DNA from: a virus
DNA length: 31,656 bases
Reading direction: 5' to 3' (one strand)
Virus record (IMG/VR): IMGVR_UViG_3300027892_000003
The position numbers and the translations under genes were made by a program. Positions within the stretch are counted from its first letter, which is position 1, and every line of letters begins with the position of its first letter. Below are positions 6,559-15,289 of the stretch, one piece after another. Under the pieces are notes generated by a model that ran no database searches, was not told the DNA's origin, and saw nothing but the letters and a program-made list of their open reading frames with translations.

Positions 6559-8032
6559 GCGATACTGCCTCACGCCCGAAGGAGCAGACGTTGGCAAGCC
6601 GCTTAAACTGGCTGATTTTCAGAAGCGGTTTATCAAGGAAATTTACGACAACCCGCACGGCACCCGCCGCGCTTATTTAAGCATCGGGCGCAAAAACGGG
6701 AAGTCGGGCCTCACAGCCGCGCTGTTGCTGGCGCACCTGGTCGGGCCAGAGGCCAAACAGAACAGCCAGATTGCCAGCGGCGCGCGATCAAGAGAGCAGG
6801 CCAGCGTCATCTTTGAACTGGCCAAGAAGATGGTGATGATGTCGCCGGAACTGTCCGGCATTGTTCGCATCATCCCTTCAGGCAAGCGCCTGATCGGCTT
6901 GCCCATGAACGTTGAATACCGGGCGCTTGCGGCTGAAGGCTCTACTGCACATGGGCTTTCTTTGGCGCTGGCCCTGCTGGACGAAGTTGGCCAGATCAAA
7001 GGGCCAAAAGACGATTTCGTTGACGCTATTACCACATCGCAAGGCGCACATGACGCGCCGCTTCTGATTGCCATTTCAACGCAAGCGCCGACCGATGGCG
7101 ATCTGTTTTCCATATGGCTTGATGACGCCAAAAACAGCCAGAACCCGGCGATTGTCTCGCACGTCTACAGTGCGCAGGACGATTGCGATCTGATGGACAA
7201 GGTGGCGTGGAAGGCTGCCAACCCGGCAATGGGTTTGTTTCGTTCTGAGGAAGATATTGCCGATCAGGCAGAGCGCGCGATGCGGCTGCCGTCTGAAGAA
7301 GCTACGTTCCGCGTTCTGACACTCAACCAGCGCGTCAACCCGTTCAGCCCGTTTTTGTCGCGGTCGGTTTGGGAAGCGAACAGCGCCGCGCCGGATGATG
7401 AGGCGTTCAGGTTTGGCGAAGTCTACGGCGGCCTTGATCTGTCGCAGACCACCGACTTGACCGCGTTTGTTTTGGTCGCGCGCTACAATGGCCGGTTTCA
7501 CGTCAAGCCGTGGTTCTTCATGGCCGAGGGGCTGGTGCCAGAAAGGGCGCGGGCTGACCGGGTGCCGTATGATGTTTGGCATAAGCAGGGGCTGATCGAA
7601 GCCACGCCGGGCCGGGTAGTGGCGCTGGATTGGGTGGCGGCCAAGATCGCAGAGGTAACGACCGGGCTGCCGGTAAAGGCCATAGCGTTTGACCGCTGGC
7701 GGATGCCGGGCCTGATGCTTGAGATTGACCGGCTAGGGCTGGCGTTGCCGTTGCAGGAATACGGCCAGGGTTACGCCAGCATGTCGCCGGCAGTCGCGGC
7801 GCTTGAAGAGGCGGCGTTGCAGGAATTGATGCAGCACGGTGGTCATCCGGTGCTGAATATGTGCGCCGGCAATGCGGTTGCGATCCGCGACCCTGCCGGG
7901 AACAGGAAACTCGATAAGGCGCGTTCGACAGGCCGCATTGACGGCATCGTGGCGCTTGCGATGGCAATGGGAGTGGCGGCTATGAACAAGGAAGAGCCAG
8001 CCGCCAGCACGCCCATGCTGCGGGTGCTGTAA
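6488..8032 (+). CDS. terL: Terminase large subunit (HK97 gp2-like, Terminase_1 family)
   Basis: From DKVIRFIERYCLTPEG...LSIGRKNGKSGL...LLDEVGQ...ISTQA...TLNQRV...FDRWR...RKLDK the sequence follows my recollection of HK97 gp2 almost motif for motif. There is no ATG start. Candidates are GTG 6542, GTG 6488, TTG 6482/6485 and TTG 6413, so the start is uncertain. The stop at 8032 is firm. Confidence 0.93.
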   Translation: MATKSKAGKAGAPSRSDKVIRFIERYCLTPEGADVGKPLKLADFQKRFIKEIYDNPHGTRRAYLSIGRKNGKSGLTAALLLAHLVGPEAKQNSQIASGARSREQASVIFELAKKMVMMSPELSGIVRIIPSGKRLIGLPMNVEYRALAAEGSTAHGLSLALALLDEVGQIKGPKDDFVDAITTSQGAHDAPLLIAISTQAPTDGDLFSIWLDDAKNSQNPAIVSHVYSAQDDCDLMDKVAWKAANPAMGLFRSEEDIADQAERAMRLPSEEATFRVLTLNQRVNPFSPFLSRSVWEANSAAPDDEAFRFGEVYGGLDLSQTTDLTAFVLVARYNGRFHVKPWFFMAEGLVPERARADRVPYDVWHKQGLIEATPGRVVALDWVAAKIAEVTTGLPVKAIAFDRWRMPGLMLEIDRLGLALPLQEYGQGYASMSPAVAALEEAALQELMQHGGHPVLNMCAGNAVAIRDPAGNRKLDKARSTGRIDGIVALAMAMGVAAMNKEEPAASTPMLRVL

Positions 8033-9342
8033 TGGGATTGTTTGACGCGATCCGCGATAACGTCTGGCCAACTGTCACGGTTGCCGACAAGCAGGCGGCC
8101 CAGGCTGCCCGCGAGGCGCGCTTGATGAACGCGGTGGTGCCGAGCGGCAGCGTGTCGCGCGGTTCTGAAGTGTTTATGGCCTTCACGGGCGACATGGGCG
8201 GCGGCCTGCCCACCCTGACTGAGCAGACGGCGCAGACGGTTGCGGCGATCAATGCCTGCGTGAAGGTGATCAGCGGCGCGATTGCTGTGCTGCCGATGAA
8301 CACGTTTCGCCGCCAGCAGGATGGTTCGCGCGAACAGATTTACGATGACGCACTTTGGTGGACGCTAAACGAAGAGTTTCACCCGCGCTGGAGTTCTGCG
8401 GCGGGCTGGACGTTTATGGCGCGGTCGCGGCTTCTGCACGGCGATGCGTTTGCCATCATTCAGCGCGATCCGCTGGGCCGCATCCGTCACCTGAAGCCGG
8501 TTCACCCGCGCCGCGTCGAGGTTTACGAAACGCCGCAGGATAGGCTGGTTTATGCGGTCTATCCGGTAAACGCCGCAATGGGCAGCGCCGTTGAGGTCTA
8601 CGACCAGGACGACATGCTGCACGTTCCAGGCGATGGCTTTGACGGCATCCGCACACCGTCGCCGCTTCGGTACGATATGCTTGTGGCCGGCGCTGGCGCG
8701 GTGGCGACACAGGAATACGCGGCCCGGTTCTTTGCCAACGGCGCGCGGCCTGACTTCGTGATTCAATCAACTTCTGGCGCGTCACGCCTGTCTGATGAGC
8801 AGTTCATCAACCTGAAAAAGCAGATCGACGAAGCGCACGGCGGCTATGCCAGGTCGCACCGTCCAATGCTGCTGGAAGGTGGGCTTGAGTTCAAGTCAAT
8901 CACAATGCCGTTTGAGGATGCCCAGTTGCTCCAGACGCGGCAGTTTCAGGTTGAGGAAATCGCCCGCATCTTTGGCGTGCCGCCGTTCATGATCGGCCAC
9001 AACGAAAAAACGACAAGCTGGGGCAGCGGCGTTGAAGCGATGGGGACGGGCTTCGTCCGCTACACACTGCGCACGCACCTCCACGCCTTCACCAACGAGA
9101 TCAATCGCAAGTTCTTCCGGCAAGTCAGCAAGTTTGCCGAGTTCGACACGACCGATCTTGAGCGCGCCGACACCCAAACGCTGTTCAACGCCTTCAGCGT
9201 GGCGCTGGGCGGCCAGGGCAAGCCCGGCTTCATGACCGAAAGCGAAGTGCGCCGGAAGCTCAATCTTCCTGAACTTGAAGGCGGCGAACAGATCGAGCGC
9301 GGCATGACCGCGTTGCAACAGACAGGAGCGGCCAATGCGTAA
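8032..9342 (+). CDS. Portal protein, HK97 family
   Basis: 436 aa with ARFFANGARPDFVI...EEIARIFGVPPFMIGH portal motifs. TAATG overlap with terL. Confidence 0.92.
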   Translation: MGLFDAIRDNVWPTVTVADKQAAQAAREARLMNAVVPSGSVSRGSEVFMAFTGDMGGGLPTLTEQTAQTVAAINACVKVISGAIAVLPMNTFRRQQDGSREQIYDDALWWTLNEEFHPRWSSAAGWTFMARSRLLHGDAFAIIQRDPLGRIRHLKPVHPRRVEVYETPQDRLVYAVYPVNAAMGSAVEVYDQDDMLHVPGDGFDGIRTPSPLRYDMLVAGAGAVATQEYAARFFANGARPDFVIQSTSGASRLSDEQFINLKKQIDEAHGGYARSHRPMLLEGGLEFKSITMPFEDAQLLQTRQFQVEEIARIFGVPPFMIGHNEKTTSWGSGVEAMGTGFVRYTLRTHLHAFTNEINRKFFRQVSKFAEFDTTDLERADTQTLFNAFSVALGGQGKPGFMTESEVRRKLNLPELEGGEQIERGMTALQQTGAANA

Positions 9343-10084
9343 AGGGCTGATGGCCTTCTATCAGGCCAACAAGGGCAAGGGTGCGGCGCTGGCGGTGGTG
9401 CAGGCTGCGGGCGGCGTGACCATTGAGGTTTATGACGTGATCGTGGCCAGCGAGGCTGACGCAGCGTTTTTCGGCGGCGTTTCGGCACAGGCTGTGATCG
9501 CCGCAATCCGCGCTGCCGGTGACGCTGATGTGGCTCTGCGCATCAATAGCCCAGGCGGTGACGTGTTTGCCGGGGTGGCGATGGCGCAAGCCATCCGCGA
9601 GCATCAAGGCCGCGTGACGGCGCATGTTGACGGCTATGCCGCCAGCGCCGCCAGCCTACTTGTCGCTGCCGCTGACGAGGCGGTTATCTCGCCTTCTGGC
9701 ATGGTGATGATCCACAAGGCGTGGACGATTGCGATGGGCAACGCCGACGACATGATGGCGACCGCTGGCCTGCTTGAAAAGATCGACGGTCAGCTAGTGG
9801 AAGCCTACCGCGAAAAGGCCGGCGACACCCAAGATTGGGCGGCGCTGATGACGGCTGAAACGTGGTTCACGGCAGCCGAGGCGGTTGAGGCCGGGCTGGT
9901 CAATCGCGTTGCCGAGAAGGCTGAAAAGAAAATGAACATGGCGTTCGATCTGAGCGCCTACGCCAATGCGCCGGCTGTGATTGCCGACGCTGAACCGCCT
10001 GCCGCTGAAGTTATCGCGCAGGCCGACCCAGAACATGAGCGCCGCCGTGCAATGGCACGTTTGGCACTCGCCACCGCTGCCTGA
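9335..10084 (+). CDS. Prohead maturation protease (ClpP/S49-like)
   Basis: INSPGGDVFAGVAMAQAIREH...HVDGYAASAASLL...MIHKAW is a ClpP-family serine protease signature. Position between portal and capsid genes. Confidence 0.9.
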   Translation: MRKGLMAFYQANKGKGAALAVVQAAGGVTIEVYDVIVASEADAAFFGGVSAQAVIAAIRAAGDADVALRINSPGGDVFAGVAMAQAIREHQGRVTAHVDGYAASAASLLVAAADEAVISPSGMVMIHKAWTIAMGNADDMMATAGLLEKIDGQLVEAYREKAGDTQDWAALMTAETWFTAAEAVEAGLVNRVAEKAEKKMNMAFDLSAYANAPAVIADAEPPAAEVIAQADPEHERRRAMARLALATAA

Positions 10085-10110
10085 GCGCAAGCCGCGCAAA
10101 GCAGACCTTG

Positions 10111-10134
10111 CCCCGCTTCGGCGGGGTTTTTCTT
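10111..10134 (+). terminator. Hairpin with T-tract between the protease and capsid genes (leaky terminator or RNA-stabilising hairpin)
   Basis: CCCCGC-ttcg-GCGGGG followed by TTTTTCTT. An AGGAG RBS for the capsid gene follows immediately. Confidence 0.6.
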
Positions 10135-10148
10135 AGGAGAAGCAAGAC

Positions 10149-11348
10149 ATGAGCATCCAAGCTCTCCGCGAGCAGCGCGCGGCAAAGGCAACCGCTGCAA
10201 ACGAATTGGTTAACAGCACCGGCTACACGCCGGAAGCATTCGACGCTCTGATGGACGAAGTGACGGCTCTTGGCGGTCAGATCAAGCGCATCGAGCAGGC
10301 CAACGCGCTGGTGGTTGAAGCCAACACTCGCGGCAACGTGATCGAAGCTGCTGAACGCACTGCCAAGGACAAGGCATCGCCGGCTTCTGCCGTGTTTGCC
10401 AAGTGGCTGCGCAACGGTGAGCGTTCGCTGTCGGCTGAAGAAGCCGTGACGTTCTACAACACCATGTCCACCACCACCGGCAGCGAAGGCGGCTTCACCG
10501 TCCCGAGCGAAACCGCGTCCACCCTGATCGAAAGCCTGAAGGCGTTCGGCGGGATGCGCGCTGTTGCCAACGTGCTGGTGACCGCCACTGGTGCGCCGCT
10601 GTCGTTCCCGACTGCTGACGCCACCGCTGAAGTGGGCGAAATCGTGGCTGAAAACGCCACTGCGACCGCGACCGATACCGCTTTTGGGACGGTCTCGCTG
10701 CCGGTTTACAAGTACTCTTCTAAGTCTGTGGCTGTGCCGATTGAGCTGTTGCAGGACAGCAACATTGACATCGAAGCCTATGTGAACGCGCTGCTGGTGA
10801 CGCGCCTTGGCCGCATCACAAACACGCACTTCACCACCGGCTCCGGCTCCTCGCAGCCGCGCGGTGTGGTGACGGGCGCTGGTTCGGGCGTAGTTGCTGC
10901 CAACAGCACCACCCAGGTGACGGCAGTGACATACGACAGCCTTGTGAACTTGGCTCACTCGGTCGATCCCGCTTATCGCGACGGCGCGCTGTTCATGATG
11001 AACGACGCAACCGTGGGCGTGCTGCGCAAGATTAAGGACGGCAGCGGTATGCCGATCTTTAACCCCGGCTATCAGCAGGGCGTCCCCGGCGGCGCTCCCG
11101 ATACGCTGCTGGGCTATGGCATCCAGATCAACCAGGATGTTGCCAGCATGGCCGCGTCGGCCAAGTCGATCTTGTTCGGCAACTTCAGCCGCTACACGAT
11201 CCGCGATGCGATGGGCATCACGCTTCGCCGCTTCGACGACAGCGCGTTCATGCTGAAAGGCCAAATCGGCTTCTGCGGCTGGCTGCGTTCGGGCGGCAAT
11301 CTGCTGGACGCTGGCGCGGTCAAGTTCTTCCAGAACGCCGCGTCCTGA
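10149..11348 (+). CDS. Major capsid protein, HK97 fold, with an N-terminal delta/scaffold domain
   Basis: 399 aa. The N-terminus is coiled-coil-like (MSIQALREQRAAKATAANELVN...). Then TTTGSEGGFTVP...YKYSSKS...VDPAYRDGALFMMN..., typical of HK97-family capsid proteins. It follows the protease gene. Confidence 0.92.
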   Translation: MSIQALREQRAAKATAANELVNSTGYTPEAFDALMDEVTALGGQIKRIEQANALVVEANTRGNVIEAAERTAKDKASPASAVFAKWLRNGERSLSAEEAVTFYNTMSTTTGSEGGFTVPSETASTLIESLKAFGGMRAVANVLVTATGAPLSFPTADATAEVGEIVAENATATATDTAFGTVSLPVYKYSSKSVAVPIELLQDSNIDIEAYVNALLVTRLGRITNTHFTTGSGSSQPRGVVTGAGSGVVAANSTTQVTAVTYDSLVNLAHSVDPAYRDGALFMMNDATVGVLRKIKDGSGMPIFNPGYQQGVPGGAPDTLLGYGIQINQDVASMAASAKSILFGNFSRYTIRDAMGITLRRFDDSAFMLKGQIGFCGWLRSGGNLLDAGAVKFFQNAAS

Positions 11349-11356
11349 TCGGCAGA

Positions 11357-11395
11357 CCGGGGCTGGCTGACACTAGCCCCGGTCGCCACTCTTTT
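11357..11395 (+). terminator. Hairpin after the capsid gene (weak terminator)
   Basis: CCGGGGCT (11357..11364) pairs with AGCCCCGG (11375..11382). A short T-run (ctctttt) follows. Confidence 0.45.
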
Positions 11396-11406
11396 GGAGA
11401 AATCCC

Positions 11407-11841
11407 ATGCAGGAAATCAAAACGGGCTACGGCCTTTCGCCCGCCGTGTTGATCGCCTCGGCGCTTTACACCGCTGATACCACGCCGGTTTCAGTGGATT
11501 GTACTGGCTATGACGGCGCGACAATCTCTCTTGCCATCGGCGTGGGCGGCATCACCTTTACCGGCACAAACAAGATTGAGTTTGTGTTGGAACATTCCAA
11601 CGACGGTTCGACATGGGCTGCCGTCACCACTGCTGACATGATCGGCGTCACAATTGCCAGCGGCGGCATCATCCGCGCACTGGTGGCTGCCAAGGCCGCC
11701 GCTGACGTGGTTTTCTACCGCTACCAAGGGCCGCGCCAGTTCCTGCGCCTGACCGCCGACTTCAGCGGCACGCATGGCACCGGCACTGGCATTTCGGCGG
11801 TGCTGATCCGGGGCAACCCGGCCATTCCTGTAATTGCGTAA
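11407..11841 (+). CDS. Hypothetical virion protein (possible capsid decoration/accessory protein)
   Basis: GGAG RBS. The 144-aa product is beta-rich and Gly/Thr-rich. It lies directly after the capsid gene and is followed by a strong terminator. Function is inferred from position only. Confidence 0.35.
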   Translation: MQEIKTGYGLSPAVLIASALYTADTTPVSVDCTGYDGATISLAIGVGGITFTGTNKIEFVLEHSNDGSTWAAVTTADMIGVTIASGGIIRALVAAKAAADVVFYRYQGPRQFLRLTADFSGTHGTGTGISAVLIRGNPAIPVIA

Positions 11842-11847
11842 CTTATT

Positions 11848-11883
11848 GGGCCGGCGTTGGAAGTGCGCCGGCCCCTTTTTTAT
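11848..11883 (+). terminator. Rho-independent terminator
   Basis: GGGCCGGCG (11848..11856) pairs with CGCCGGCCC (11866..11874) across a 9-nt loop. CTTTTTTAT follows. Confidence 0.8.
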
Positions 11884-11894
11884 GAGGCAACACA

Positions 11895-12167
11895 ATGAGC
11901 GCACCTGATACTTTTGCGGCCTATGTTGACCTGGCTTACGGCCCCGCCCGCAAGGGTGCGGCAGTCACTCCGCACGCTACCAACCCTCTGAGCTTTGCTA
12001 CAAAAGGGCTGATTGTTGGCGGTTCTGGCAATCTGACGGTGCGCTTTATCGATGACACGGCAGACACAGTAATTGCTGGCGTGGTTGCAGGCACGATCCT
12101 GCCGATCCGCGTGACGCATGTGCGCGTTGCCGGCACGACCGCCACCAACATTGTGGCTTTCGGCTAA
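11895..12167 (+). CDS. Head spike base protein candidate (RcGTA Rcc01079-like family)
   Basis: The 90-aa sequence VTPHATNPLSFATKGLIVGGSGNLTVRFIDDTADTVIAGVVAGTILPIRVTHVRVAGTTATNIVAFG fits my recollection of the family pattern (PSD...ARALYVGGAGD..V....G..V.F..V.AG.ILP.RV..V.ATGTTA..IVAL). Called from memory, not from a search. Confidence 0.5.
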   Translation: MSAPDTFAAYVDLAYGPARKGAAVTPHATNPLSFATKGLIVGGSGNLTVRFIDDTADTVIAGVVAGTILPIRVTHVRVAGTTATNIVAFG

Positions 12168-12373
12168 TGCGTTTTGGGCTGTCCTTGGCAATTGGTGCGC
12201 AAACCCGCGCATCGGGTGACGGTGGCCAGGAGCCTACGCTGGTCCTAGATTTTGTGGGCGGCAATGAGCGGTATGGGGCAACGCTCAATTTGGACTTCAC
12301 CGGCCAGACATACACCGCCTTCACCGCCGATCCAGCCGGGCAAGGCTTTCCGAACTTCTGGGCTTGGAGCTAA
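12167..12373 (+). CDS. Small hypothetical protein with two LxLDF motifs
   Basis: TAATG coupling to the upstream gene. The 68-aa product contains PTLVLDFVGGNERYG and ATLNLDFTGQTYTA. Confidence 0.5.
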   Translation: MRFGLSLAIGAQTRASGDGGQEPTLVLDFVGGNERYGATLNLDFTGQTYTAFTADPAGQGFPNFWAWS

Positions 12374-12375
12374 CT

Positions 12376-13575
12376 ATGCCTTTGACCAACTACGCCTTCG
12401 CTGATTTGATCACGTTCACGCGCTCCACCACGGCTACGTTTGTGGGTAGCAATGGCCTGATCCAGTCTGCGGCGATCAACGCCCCCCGCTTCGACTTTAG
12501 CCCCGTCACGCTGGCCCCGTTGGGCTTTCTGATTGAGGAGCAGCGGGTCAACTCGGCGTTGTACTCGGAGCAATTTGACAACGCCGTATACATCAAAGTT
12601 CGCTCAAGCATCACCACTAACGCTACGACTTCACCTGATGGAACTGCAACAGCAGATAAATTGGTAGAAGATACAACCGCGACAAACACCCATTTGATCC
12701 AACTGCAAGGCGGGTTTTCATCGTTTGTTTCAGGGACTACGTATGTAATTTCTGGATACGCTAAAGCTGGCGAAAGAACCTCTGCTTCCATAAACCTGGG
12801 GACGGACGGCGGGGTTTTTGCAGGCCAAAGCGCAAACTTTGATTTCAGCACGGGCGCTATTAGCGCGCAATCTGGCGTTGCTACCTTTGCAATGACTAAC
12901 GCTGGCAACGGCTGGTATCGCTGGTCTATCGCCGCTACGGCAGCAGCGTCAGGTGTCGCCTTTCTCCGTTTTTCACTTATTGGGCCATTGGGCAGTAATA
13001 TCTACACCGGAGACGGCACCTCTGGCTTGTTTCTTTGGGGCAACCAACTTGAAGTCGGCGCGTTTCCCACCAGCTACATTCCCACCGTGGCTTCCACGGT
13101 CACGCGCGCGGCTGACGTGGCTGTGATATCGGGGGCAAATTTCACCCCGTGGTACAACCAGAGCGAGGGGACGATTATCGCAAGTTGGTCAACGACCGAC
13201 GCTGTAGTCCCATTGGCTCTCGGCGTATTTAGTGTATCAAACGGAACAACAGCGGAGGGTATTCAAATTCGCCGCATAGCCGGCTCAAATGATGTAAGAT
13301 TTATCGTAATCGACGGCGGCGCTACGCAATATTTTAGCGCAATTGCGGCGTCTTCCGGTGTAAACATAAGCGCGCTTGCATATAGAACGAACGATTTTAT
13401 CGGCGCAAACAATGGGACTCTTGGAACCGCTGACACTAGCGGAACCCTTCCAACAGTTACACAAGCCGAAATTGGTTTTGGGCAAGATCTGACATATCTC
13501 AACGGTCGCCTCCGCAACGTCACCTATTACCCCACCCGTCTCACCGACGCACAGCTACAGGCACTCACCGTATGA
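12376..13575 (+). CDS. Head spike / fibre protein (phage head-spike-fibre-like N-terminus, divergent low-GC distal domain)
   Basis: GGAG precedes ATG 12376. The N-terminus LITFTRSTTATFVGSNGLIQSAAINAPRFDF...GFLIEEQRVN is the conserved anchor I associate with alphaproteobacterial spike/fibre proteins. The remainder is Thr/Ser/Gly-rich and about 48 percent GC. Confidence 0.6.
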   Translation: MPLTNYAFADLITFTRSTTATFVGSNGLIQSAAINAPRFDFSPVTLAPLGFLIEEQRVNSALYSEQFDNAVYIKVRSSITTNATTSPDGTATADKLVEDTTATNTHLIQLQGGFSSFVSGTTYVISGYAKAGERTSASINLGTDGGVFAGQSANFDFSTGAISAQSGVATFAMTNAGNGWYRWSIAATAAASGVAFLRFSLIGPLGSNIYTGDGTSGLFLWGNQLEVGAFPTSYIPTVASTVTRAADVAVISGANFTPWYNQSEGTIIASWSTTDAVVPLALGVFSVSNGTTAEGIQIRRIAGSNDVRFIVIDGGATQYFSAIAASSGVNISALAYRTNDFIGANNGTLGTADTSGTLPTVTQAEIGFGQDLTYLNGRLRNVTYYPTRLTDAQLQALTV

Positions 13576-13871
13576 TCGACCTCTATCTCAAGACCGACAC
13601 CGAAGCGGAAATGCTTGCTGCGCTGACCGCTGCGGGTGTCACCGACGAAGAAGGTTTTCCGGTCGCGGGCGTTTCGCTCGACCACATTGGGCCGTTCAGC
13701 CGCGTGACGGGCTATAGCAAAGCCAACGATAAGGCCGGTGAGCCTATCCCCATCATTGTGGATTACCCTGGCTGGCACACAAATCTGCGCGGCGACTTTA
13801 CCGACGAGCAGATCGCCGCGTTGAAGCCGTTAAGCGTTCAGCCGGCAGTCCCCCACCGCGTCTGGGCGTAA
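13572..13871 (+). CDS. Hypothetical protein downstream of the fibre gene (possible fibre accessory/assembly factor)
   Basis: ATGA coupling to the fibre gene. 99 aa with no motif I can name. Confidence 0.5.
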   Translation: MIDLYLKTDTEAEMLAALTAAGVTDEEGFPVAGVSLDHIGPFSRVTGYSKANDKAGEPIPIIVDYPGWHTNLRGDFTDEQIAALKPLSVQPAVPHRVWA

Positions 13872-13902
13872 AGCTGCACGGAATTAAACGGAAGGTGAGC
13901 GC

Positions 13903-14463
13903 ATGAGTGTAGCACCGCTGACCTTGGCCGAAGCCAAGACGCATCTGCGCGTGGTTGATAGCGCAGACGACAGCTACATTACCGGCTTGATGAGCGCGTC
14001 CGCTGACATGATCGAACGCGACACGGGGCTAGTGCTGCGCCAGCGCGCGGCTAGTGTGGCGTTTGATGGCTGGTCAACCAATGGCCGACAGCGCCTGCCG
14101 TTGTGGCGCGGGCCGGTAGTGTCGGTGACGGGCGTTGCCTACGACGACGAAGCTGGCACTGAACAGGTGCTGGCGGCTAATCAGTATCGGGTGCGTAGCT
14201 TTGCCGGTGCATCGTGGATTGTGCCGGCCAATAGCGTGACGTGGCCTGCTGTAGAGCTTGGCGTTGGCACGGTGCGAGTGACGTATCAGGCCGGCTATGC
14301 CAGCAATGAAGCGGTGCCTGCCTCGCTGCGGCACGCCGCGCTGCTGCTGATTGGCCACTGGTATGAAAACCGCGAGGCCGTTGCCAGCGACAGCACGCCG
14401 GTTGACGTGCCGCTGGCCTATGACGCGCTGATCAGCCCCTATCGCGTTTTGATGGTGGCCTGA
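13903..14463 (+). CDS. Head-tail connector protein (gp6-like / phiE125 gp8-like)
   Basis: LTLAEAKTHLRVVDSADDSYITGLMSASADMIERDTG is the gp6-like connector N-terminal signature. 186 aa. Confidence 0.8.
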   Translation: MSVAPLTLAEAKTHLRVVDSADDSYITGLMSASADMIERDTGLVLRQRAASVAFDGWSTNGRQRLPLWRGPVVSVTGVAYDDEAGTEQVLAANQYRVRSFAGASWIVPANSVTWPAVELGVGTVRVTYQAGYASNEAVPASLRHAALLLIGHWYENREAVASDSTPVDVPLAYDALISPYRVLMVA

Positions 14464-14804
14464 TGCGTATCGGTAGGCTGCGCGACCGCGTGCGGATTGA
14501 TCGCCCCGCACACACCAGCGACGGCGCGGGCGGTCAGGTGACGACCTGGGCAACCGTTGCCACGGTGTTTGCGGAACTAATGCCAACCGGCGGCGGCAAA
14601 GATTTGGAAGGTGGGCTAATCTCAATCGGCCAGCAGCGTTTCAAGCTCCGTATGCGCTACCGTGCAGACGTGCCTGTTGATTGCCGGCTAGTGTGGCTGC
14701 GCTCTGACGGCGATGCGGTTGATTTGCGGATTGATAGCATCGCCGATCCAGACGGGCGGCGGCATGAGTTGGTGGCGTTTGTGACCGCAGGCGTGCCGAC
14801 CTAA
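14463..14804 (+). CDS. Head closure / head-tail adaptor protein (SPP1 gp16-like, Phage_H_T_join)
   Basis: MRIGRLRDRVRIDRPAHTSDGAGGQVTTWATVATVFAEL... is the typical adaptor opening. TGATG coupling. Confidence 0.8.
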   Translation: MRIGRLRDRVRIDRPAHTSDGAGGQVTTWATVATVFAELMPTGGGKDLEGGLISIGQQRFKLRMRYRADVPVDCRLVWLRSDGDAVDLRIDSIADPDGRRHELVAFVTAGVPT

Positions 14805-15289
14805 TGGCACGGAGCAAAAGCCAGTTTGCCACGCGGGATCGGATTCGGGTGAGGCGGCTTTTAACGGGCATCGGGCCGCAAGCGCAGCAAGAGGTTTTGG
14901 CTGCGTATCAACGGCACGCCCCGGCTATCCTAGCCCAAGCGCGCGGTGAGGTGCCGGGCCGCCCAGGCAAGTTACGGGCCGCACTGAATTACAAGATTTA
15001 CCCCAAGACACTGCGCCTTCGTATCGGCCTGCTAACCAAGACGGTGCAAAAGAAGTTTTTCTATGCGCGCATTCTTGAATACGGGCGCAAGGCACAGTCG
15101 GCCACGGTAAAGCGGCGGCGGCCCGTATCGGGCGGCACGGCGCAATACATCATTCGCGTAAAGGCTATCAGCGCCACCCGCTACGATTTCGTTAGAGGCC
15201 GAGCGGTGCAGTTTATGCAGCGCACCCTTGGCGACGATCTGCGGGGCATTTTGGCCAAGGCAATCAAGCGGCTTTCCGCAGGGGGCTGA
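14804..15289 (+). CDS. HK97 gp10-like tail-completion / neck protein
   Basis: Size (161 aa), position and sequence (...LAQARGEVPGRPGKLRAALNYKIYPKTLRLRIGL...ARILEYG) fit the HK97 gp10 family. Confidence 0.7.
   Translation: MARSKSQFATRDRIRVRRLLTGIGPQAQQEVLAAYQRHAPAILAQARGEVPGRPGKLRAALNYKIYPKTLRLRIGLLTKTVQKKFFYARILEYGRKAQSATVKRRRPVSGGTAQYIIRVKAISATRYDFVRGRAVQFMQRTLGDDLRGILAKAIKRLSAGG

Noticed and set aside
10011-11264. Very long antisense ORFs: 10011..11264 (-), 22275..23261 (-), 23792..24919 (-), 27783..28910 (+), 29101..30069 (+), 1170..1877 (-).
   Set aside because: All lie opposite genes with clear family motifs (capsid, J-like fibre, phosphoesterase, exonuclease and others). They are Arg/Ala/Pro/Gly-rich, as expected for stop-poor antisense frames in roughly 62 percent GC DNA, and carry no recognisable motifs or RBS.
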